Assembly (NCBI GenBank): GCA_001768965.1
Contig: MEMY01000052.1
Span: 15,472 to 52,462, forward strand
Source: an archaeon RBG_16_50_20
Lineage (GTDB): Archaea; Thermoproteota; Bathyarchaeia; 40CM-2-53-6
Direction of reading: 5' to 3'
Length of the DNA stretch: 36,991 nt
Of this stretch, positions 31,400-36,991 are shown in pieces (position 1 is the stretch's first letter; the number at the start of each line of letters is the position of its first letter). The position numbers and the translations under genes were made by a program. The notes under the pieces were generated by a model, which searched no databases, was not told where the DNA came from, and saw nothing but the letters and a program-made list of their open reading frames with translations.

Positions 31400-32584
31400 A
31401 TGAAAGAAGGCTATCTGGCGAAGATCGCGATTGCGTTACTTGTTTTGAGCGTCGGAGTATTTTTCCTGTCGGGTCAGGTGGGACAGGTTTCTGCTTATAC
31501 GTATACGCCGCAGGGATGTTACGGGTACAACTACAGCTATTACTACTGGTACTATGGATACTACCCGTATTACTACTACGGATATCCCTACAGCTCTAGC
31601 AGCTGCTATGGTTACTATGGCTACTATTACTACGGTTACGACTATTACTCAACACCCTCGAAGTATCAGTTGACGGTGACGACGAATCCGTCCGATCTGG
31701 GCACCGCTACTGGTAGTGGAACTTACACGCAGGGAACCTCTGCATCGTTCTCCGTGACCAAAAGCATCATTCAGACATCCTCAAACACTCGATACGTTTT
31801 CGCCCATTGGAGCGGTGACTATTCCGGTGTCGGAACTAGCGGTTCGATTACCGTTAACGCAGCCAGTAAAGTTGTCGCCGTCTACCAGCTTCAATACCAC
31901 CTAGACGTGAGCTCACAGCCACAGAGCGCCCCGTATCCTCAAGGTGAAGGCTGGTATAACGCCGGAGACGCCATGCTGCTGACGGTTCCTGGACAGATTC
32001 TCGGTGGACAAGACGGTAGCCGACTCGTCTTCCAAGGGTGGAATGTTGACGGGCAGAACCTGCAAGCCGGTGTTTCACTAACAGTGAAAATGGATGGGCC
32101 GCACGTTGCAGTCGCCCAATACAAACAGCAGTACTACCTCAAGGTCCTAACCGACCAAGGAGTCGCATACGGCGAAGGATGGTATGACGCTGGAAGCACT
32201 GCTCAAGTTTACGTCTCGACACCTGTTAGCACTGCCTACGGTGTTAGCATAGTTTTCAACGGTTGGCAGGGTGCCATGCAAACGGGCAGTCAGTCAGCAA
32301 CCGTGCTTGTGGATGGTTCTAAGACAGTAATTGCCACTTGGCGATCTGATCCAACGATCCTCAATCTTACCATAATTCTCGCGGTGGTGGCTGCAGTGCT
32401 TGTAGTCGCGGGCATACTAGTGTATGTGACGATGGGCCGAAGAAACTATGGAAAACCTGTCCCACCGCAATATCAACAACCAGCTCTCAAGCCAGTCCAA
32501 ACGCCACCTGCAACTCCCAGTTCACAACCAGTCACAAAGAACACCTCCCCCCTCAAGAAGAAAGAGACACCTGAGAGCCATTAA
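31400..32584 (+). CDS. anchored surface protein: signal peptide, extreme Tyr/Gly-rich block, three B-repeat-like modules, TM helix, Pro/Gln-rich tail
   Basis: I prefer ATG 31400 (MKEGYLAKIAIALLVLSVGVFFLSGQVGQVSA) over the track's GTG 31250, because the upstream 50 codons are not signal-like. Modules carry FAHWSGDYSG, FQGWNVDG and FNGWQGA. TM helix LNLTIILAVVAAVLVVAGILVYV. Confidence 0.75.
   Translation: MKEGYLAKIAIALLVLSVGVFFLSGQVGQVSAYTYTPQGCYGYNYSYYYWYYGYYPYYYYGYPYSSSSCYGYYGYYYYGYDYYSTPSKYQLTVTTNPSDLGTATGSGTYTQGTSASFSVTKSIIQTSSNTRYVFAHWSGDYSGVGTSGSITVNAASKVVAVYQLQYHLDVSSQPQSAPYPQGEGWYNAGDAMLLTVPGQILGGQDGSRLVFQGWNVDGQNLQAGVSLTVKMDGPHVAVAQYKQQYYLKVLTDQGVAYGEGWYDAGSTAQVYVSTPVSTAYGVSIVFNGWQGAMQTGSQSATVLVDGSKTVIATWRSDPTILNLTIILAVVAAVLVVAGILVYVTMGRRNYGKPVPPQYQQPALKPVQTPPATPSSQPVTKNTSPLKKKETPESH
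31496..31648 (+). repeat. TAC/TAT (Tyr) codon-dominated low-complexity coding tract
   Basis: Encodes YTYTPQGCYGYNYSYYYWYYGYYPYYYYGYPYSSSSCYGYYGYYYYGYDYY. By hand count this is 28 Tyr in 51 residues, with 2 Cys. Confidence 0.9.
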
Positions 32585-32770
32585 GCCCCGGCAACTGGCA
32601 GCTCAAACAATGATGACTGGTCCGCGAATCAATCGACTCCGGAAGCGGACTGTAGCATCTCCTAAACAGAACTGACTACCAGCGTCGCCAGTTGCGAAGG
32701 TTGCTTGCGTTGTTTCCACTGGAAGGCCTATTACAATCCATTACCTCAAGCAACCTCGCCTCTGATCTGA

Positions 32771-33934
32771 TTGGACATTGACGGAGTTCGAACCCAGATT
32801 CCTCTTCTCGCCAACACCGTCTACCTTGATAGCGCGGGCGCTGGACCACCCCCAAAGATTGTGCACGAATCAATGCAATCCTTTCTCGATGAATGGAGGG
32901 ACAACGGAGAGAAGTGGGAAGCCTGGCTGCTAGAGATTGTGAAAACACGTGAGTTATTCGCCATCCTCATCGGCGCCAAGCTGGAAGAAATCGCGTGCGT
33001 CCCGAATGTTACTTCAGGGCTCGCGGCCGTTGCAACTGCCTTAAGAATAAAGCCGAGACAAAATATTGTCGTTAGCGAACTGAACTTCCCCACGAATGTC
33101 TACATATGGCATTCGATGAAGCAGAGAGGGTTGATCTCGGAAATTAGAGTTCTAAGGCAAAAGGATGGCCAGATCCCCCTTAGGGATTTCGAGAAAGCGA
33201 TCGATGACAAGACTGCTGCAGTCTCCGTTGATTATGTTTCATGGATAAATGGATGCAGAGAGGATATTGCTAACGTTGCCAAGATTGCGCACAGTCATCG
33301 AGCCTTGATGCTAGTTGATGCCTTTCACGCGGTTGGCGTCATGCCAATTGATGTTCACCAACTAGATGTTGACGTGCTTACTTGCGGAACTTACAAATGG
33401 TTGATGGGACCGCACGGAGCCGCTTTCCTATATGTAAACAGGAAAATCCTGGGAGACCTTGATCCCTCCATTGTAGGTTGGCATGGAATCTCAGATTCGG
33501 TTATCGCGCGGGTTCTCGGGAAACGGGATACGTTCGGTAAGCCTTTCGATCTTGATGATGTCGACCCCGCGAAGGATGCAACGCGGTTTGAATGGGGCAC
33601 ATGGTCAGTGATATCGGTTGTTGGCTCCAAGGCCGCCATAGAGTTCACACTCAAGTACCCGCCCAACGAGAGAGAACCACTTATCGACAAGCTCACTACG
33701 CGTCTCTTAGATGGCTTGAAGAAGAAGGGAAGAAAAATTACGTCGCCCTTAGAGAAGACAAGGCGAAGTGGAATCGTGACCTTCGAAGTTGCGGATGCGG
33801 CCAAGGTTGCTCAGAAGATGCAGTCGGAGGGGGTAATCGTGGCCCCGAGAGTAAATACGTTGAGAGTCTCGCCGCACTTCTTCAACACTGAGAATGAGAT
33901 TGATGCTTTCCTAGAGAAAATCGAGTTCACGTAG
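32771..33934 (+). CDS. class V aminotransferase-fold PLP enzyme (cysteine desulfurase / selenocysteine lyase / kynureninase-like)
   Basis: 387 aa with a TTG start. VYLDSAGAGPPPK, VSVDYVSWINGCREDI, MLVDAFHAVG and the PLP-lysine region LTCGTYKWLMGPHG. Confidence 0.8.
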   Translation: MDIDGVRTQIPLLANTVYLDSAGAGPPPKIVHESMQSFLDEWRDNGEKWEAWLLEIVKTRELFAILIGAKLEEIACVPNVTSGLAAVATALRIKPRQNIVVSELNFPTNVYIWHSMKQRGLISEIRVLRQKDGQIPLRDFEKAIDDKTAAVSVDYVSWINGCREDIANVAKIAHSHRALMLVDAFHAVGVMPIDVHQLDVDVLTCGTYKWLMGPHGAAFLYVNRKILGDLDPSIVGWHGISDSVIARVLGKRDTFGKPFDLDDVDPAKDATRFEWGTWSVISVVGSKAAIEFTLKYPPNEREPLIDKLTTRLLDGLKKKGRKITSPLEKTRRSGIVTFEVADAAKVAQKMQSEGVIVAPRVNTLRVSPHFFNTENEIDAFLEKIEFT

Positions 33935-33940
33935 TAAGAC

Positions 33941-34147
33941 CTAATGTAGACCGCTAGGAGACTGTAGTTTCGTCATCAGGGTTTCCGGCACACCTGGGCG
34001 ATGCCGATTGCAATAGTACTCAACTTTATCAAATAGGTCAACGCGCCATTCAGCATCCTTCCCACAGAGAGAAATATTGCAGACGGGCGGTTGGTTCGAA
34101 TTCTTCGTTGAACTCGTGTCCATGTTGCGGTCTTGATACAGGAACAC
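33941..34147 (-). CDS. small Cys/His-containing hypothetical protein
   Basis: 68 aa from GTG 34147, or 60 aa from ATG 34123 (MDTSSTKNS...). Contains VCNISLCGKD...YYCNRHRPG (Cx4C...CxxH). Divergent from the ABC ATPase gene. Coding status is unproven. Confidence 0.3.
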   Translation of the reverse strand: MFLYQDRNMDTSSTKNSNQPPVCNISLCGKDAEWRVDLFDKVEYYCNRHRPGVPETLMTKLQSPSGLH

Positions 34148-34223
34148 GAAGTTTTTCTAATGTCTTTCGGTTCCTGTCCGGATCCTGATTGAATCTGATG
34201 ACATACAATCTGGTGGAATAGGT

Positions 34224-34988
34224 ATGCAGGCATTAGAGGTTAGCGGCGTTACGAAGACCTTCGGCGAAAGGCGAGCAGTAGATGGAGTGAGCTTAGCTGT
34301 CAATCAAGGAGAAATCCTGGGCTTGCTGGGGCCGAACGGTTCAGGAAAATCCACGTTAATGAAGATCATTGTTGGAATTTTGAAGCCCGATGCCGGAGCT
34401 ATCCAAGTTCTTGGAAACGACGCGACGAAAGACCCTACTGCAGTGAAGAGGATTGTTGGATTCGTTCCGGAAAGCCCTCGATTGTACGAGTTCCTAAGTG
34501 GGATTGAATATCTGGACTTCGTTGCCGATGTACATGGTCTAGTCCCAAGTGCAAAGCACGAACGAATCAGCCATTTCCTGAAGGCTTTGGATTTGGAGGG
34601 CAGGGAGAACGAGCTAATCAACGGCTATTCTCAGGGCATGAAGCAGAAGTTGGCAATTATTGCAGGTTTGTTACATCGCCCACAGCTTCTAGTGATGGAT
34701 GAACCGCTGAATTCCCTAGATCCCCGTAGCGCCCGCATTGTGAAGGATCTCATTCACAAGCTCAGAGACGATGGCGTGGCCACGATCTTCAGTACACATG
34801 TTCTGGAGATTGCTGATGCCATATGTGACAGAATCGTAATCATGGACGCTGGGAGAGTTGTCGAACAGGGCTCGACAGGTGATCTGAAGGCGAAAGCCGG
34901 GACGCCTGGCTCTACATTGGAGGAAGTGTTCCTCAAACTAACGGGAACATCTGATACTCGCGAGATCGTTGAGGCCCTTAGCCATTGA
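34224..34988 (+). CDS. ABC transporter ATP-binding protein (ABC-2/DrrA-like exporter type)
   Basis: 254 aa. Walker A GPNGSGKST, signature YSQGMKQKL, Walker B LLVMDEPLNSLD, H-loop STHVLE. Confidence 0.9.
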   Translation: MQALEVSGVTKTFGERRAVDGVSLAVNQGEILGLLGPNGSGKSTLMKIIVGILKPDAGAIQVLGNDATKDPTAVKRIVGFVPESPRLYEFLSGIEYLDFVADVHGLVPSAKHERISHFLKALDLEGRENELINGYSQGMKQKLAIIAGLLHRPQLLVMDEPLNSLDPRSARIVKDLIHKLRDDGVATIFSTHVLEIADAICDRIVIMDAGRVVEQGSTGDLKAKAGTPGSTLEEVFLKLTGTSDTREIVEALSH

Positions 34989-36607
34989 GAACAGCGTATG
35001 AGCTTGCAGTCGTTTTAACCAAATCACAGTTACGCGGCTATCAAAGAAGAAGACTAATGGCGCGAATATTCGGTGACCCCCGAATCATTCTCGTTTTAGA
35101 TGCCTTGTTCTTGGTTGTGCCAGCCCTGCTCTTCTATATGCTGTCAGGGGCTCTGCCTTCTGGGATTGAGGGGTCACTTCGGGAACTTGAGGTTGAGGCT
35201 CTGGCCGGGATCCCCACAGCGATCGCTTTCATGGTGATCTTGTTCGGGGTGTTAAGCGAAATTAGCCAGGCAGCTGAGTCGATGAGCACTGACCTCGTGA
35301 ACTGGCTGCCTATTACGCCGTCTGAATATGTTGCCGGATCCACGATGTCCCTAACCTACACGTATTCGTTCATGCTCTCGTTCTTGCTGGGTGTTTCTCT
35401 CGGTCCGGCATTGCGTTTCGGCATGATACTGGTGTGGGGCGCGAGCGCACTCATGGCCGTTCTTTCACTTTTCATAGGAGCTTGCGTCGTAGAACTACTC
35501 AGGTCAGTTACGAACCGGATATCCTCAAGTTTTTACAAGAAGAGCGGTCGATCAGGAATCTTTGTCCGTCTCGCATTAACTATCGTCGTGCTCGTCTTCG
35601 TTCAGCTGCTGTTCAGCGGACGGATAGTCGTCTACCTACTCCAAGGGATAATGCTGACTGTGCGCGTCGCCTGGTTCGTCCCAGTCGTCTGGCCCTCTCT
35701 GGCGGTGTTAGCTGGTTCACAGGGAAATACTCTCACTTTTGTGTCCTTTGCAGGGATGACATTCGCATTCTTCCTCATACTTTTCGGTTTGGCTGTTCGA
35801 CTTCGCGCGATCTATTGGGTTCCGATTCCGGTTTCGATTAGGCTCACGAATCAGGCATATCACCCGCTTCGAAGAATCACGATCCTCCCAGGATTCGGAA
35901 GCGCAGAGGCGGCGATCTTCCGAAAAGACATGCGGTCGCTAACGAGGAGGCGAGAGATGACCCGGTTCCTCGCAATACCCTTCGTCTTGGTTGTTTCCTT
36001 GAGCATTTCTCTGCTCCCGATCAGCGGAACAGCTGTTCCCGAGGGACTGGGCTTCTTCGCTCTGATTCCACTCTATGTTATACCGTTAACAGTTTTCAGC
36101 GCTGTCGTTTCAATGACAAGTCTTGGTCAGGAAGGTTCCGCTGTCTGGAACATTTACGTTGCCCCCATCACAGCAAGGCAACTTCTCAAGGCGAAGATCC
36201 TCAGCGCTCTTTTGCTAGGATTGGCGTTTAGTGTGACGATGGCAATCTTCCTCGGAGTATTACTCAGAATTGCAACAGCCCACATCGTCCTGTTGGTAAC
36301 CTTGGGAATCGCAATCGTTCTGGGGCAATCGGCTATGGGAATGTACTTTGGGGCAAGGTTTCCCGATTTCCGAGAAATGATCCGCAGCCGGTTCATTAGC
36401 GTGTGGGGATCACTAATCGGGACGTTCCTGTGCCTGCTGCTTGCAATGCTGACAGCTCTGCCTATTCTCTTGTCCATCTACGTTCGAAGAATAATCACTT
36501 ACGATTTTGCCATCGTCACGTTTGCAATTGGCCTGATCCTTTTCTTTGTTGGTTGGAAACTCGCGGAACGACAGATTCGGACCCTGATTCAGGAGATCAG
36601 AGTCTGA
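34985..36607 (+). CDS. large polytopic membrane protein, putative permease partner of the ABC ATPase
   Basis: 540 aa with many hydrophobic helices throughout. TTG start overlaps the ATPase stop as TTGA, indicating translational coupling. No conserved motif recognised. Confidence 0.6.
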   Translation: MRTAYELAVVLTKSQLRGYQRRRLMARIFGDPRIILVLDALFLVVPALLFYMLSGALPSGIEGSLRELEVEALAGIPTAIAFMVILFGVLSEISQAAESMSTDLVNWLPITPSEYVAGSTMSLTYTYSFMLSFLLGVSLGPALRFGMILVWGASALMAVLSLFIGACVVELLRSVTNRISSSFYKKSGRSGIFVRLALTIVVLVFVQLLFSGRIVVYLLQGIMLTVRVAWFVPVVWPSLAVLAGSQGNTLTFVSFAGMTFAFFLILFGLAVRLRAIYWVPIPVSIRLTNQAYHPLRRITILPGFGSAEAAIFRKDMRSLTRRREMTRFLAIPFVLVVSLSISLLPISGTAVPEGLGFFALIPLYVIPLTVFSAVVSMTSLGQEGSAVWNIYVAPITARQLLKAKILSALLLGLAFSVTMAIFLGVLLRIATAHIVLLVTLGIAIVLGQSAMGMYFGARFPDFREMIRSRFISVWGSLIGTFLCLLLAMLTALPILLSIYVRRIITYDFAIVTFAIGLILFFVGWKLAERQIRTLIQEIRV

Positions 36608-36705
36608 TTCTGCGATTCTAGCTTGAGGAATTGGCAAAGTCATTTCTAGAAGTGGCTGGGACTTACAAGGGGTAAGAGTCATCTGTACAAAGTGGTGAAG
36701 GTTGG

Positions 36706-36987
36706 ATGCTACGTCTACGTACACATAAGCCACACGTTCTGGCGTATATTGTCATCATTGTAGGCGTCCTATCGGGCCTAATTGCAATAGGTAGTTCGAC
36801 AGCCTTCTTCTTTTACGAGGGATTGCCCAACACGGTTCCCGGATTCGGTTTCCCTGTGACAGGAACAAAGTGGAATCTGGTCATAATTGGGGAATTTTCA
36901 GGCGTAGTCCTAGCTTTGCTGAGCGTGGTCCTCATACTTGTGGGCATTGGCATGCAGATAGGATTCACAATCAAGAAGAGCAAGTGA
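36706..36987 (+). CDS. small membrane protein (two predicted TM helices)
   Basis: 93 aa with an ATG start. Helices VLAYIVIIVGVLSGLIAIG and LVIIGEFSGVVLALLSVVLILVGIG. It lies 98 nt downstream of the permease on the same strand. Confidence 0.4.
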   Translation: MLRLRTHKPHVLAYIVIIVGVLSGLIAIGSSTAFFFYEGLPNTVPGFGFPVTGTKWNLVIIGEFSGVVLALLSVVLILVGIGMQIGFTIKKSK

Positions 36988-36991
36988 GCTG

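Noticed and set aside
32610-32675. Possible C/D-box sRNA in the 186-bp spacer: ATGATGA at 32610-32616 and CTGA at 32672-32675.
   Set aside because: There are no convincing internal D'/C' boxes and no terminal complementary stem. The box spacing of about 55 nt between C and D does not fit the compact archaeal C/D architecture.
32591-32695. A 9-bp inverted repeat, GCAACTGGC (32591-32599) and GCCAGTTGC (32687-32695), separated by 87 nt.
   Set aside because: The arms are short and far apart, and nothing between them supports a structure. This is compatible with chance in a 37-kb window.
1-36991. Window-wide search for CRISPR repeats, IS/transposase or integrase genes, long terminal or direct repeats, inteins, and split or frameshifted genes.
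   Set aside because: None was seen. All large ORFs are single-copy, intact and of normal length for their families, and no periodic repeat-spacer structure is present. The by-eye scan cannot exclude diverged repeats shorter than about 15 bp.

Overview
The window looks like a densely packed archaeal chromosomal segment. I call 38 protein genes on both strands, and all family assignments come from motifs read by eye, with no searches run. Archaeal markers are A-type ATP synthase atpA-atpB-atpD, TFE-alpha, MBF1, NAC, aTrm56, a PUA protein and two stand-alone RAM (Lrp/AsnC ligand-domain) proteins. Housekeeping and metabolic genes include ppsA, fused guaA, an IscA/HesB carrier, thioredoxin, acyl-CoA dehydrogenase, histidine ammonia-lyase, an edge-truncated GGT, an M29 aminopeptidase, a class V aminotransferase, LplA and an HDAC-family deacetylase. 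The protease, peptidase and amino-acid catabolism content suggests a peptide-degrading uncultivated archaeon; a TACK/Bathyarchaeia-like lineage is only a guess. I found no rRNA, tRNA, CRISPR array, transposase, integrase or recognisable defence gene. I cannot point to a convincing discrete multi-gene novel system. The best second-look candidates, in order: (1) an anchored surface protein opening with an extreme Tyr-rich block (about 55 percent Tyr over 51 aa) followed by three B-repeat-like modules. (2) A 992-aa membrane-anchored S8 protease with an unplaced insert of about 150 aa and the same C-terminal module. (3) A ribbon-helix-helix domain fused to a sugar-phosphate nucleotidyltransferase, with a palindromic candidate operator upstream. 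(4) An HDAC-family gene whose conserved N-terminus lies upstream of any ATG/GTG/TTG codon. (5) Frequent obligatory TTG/GTG starts, several with clear Shine-Dalgarno motifs.
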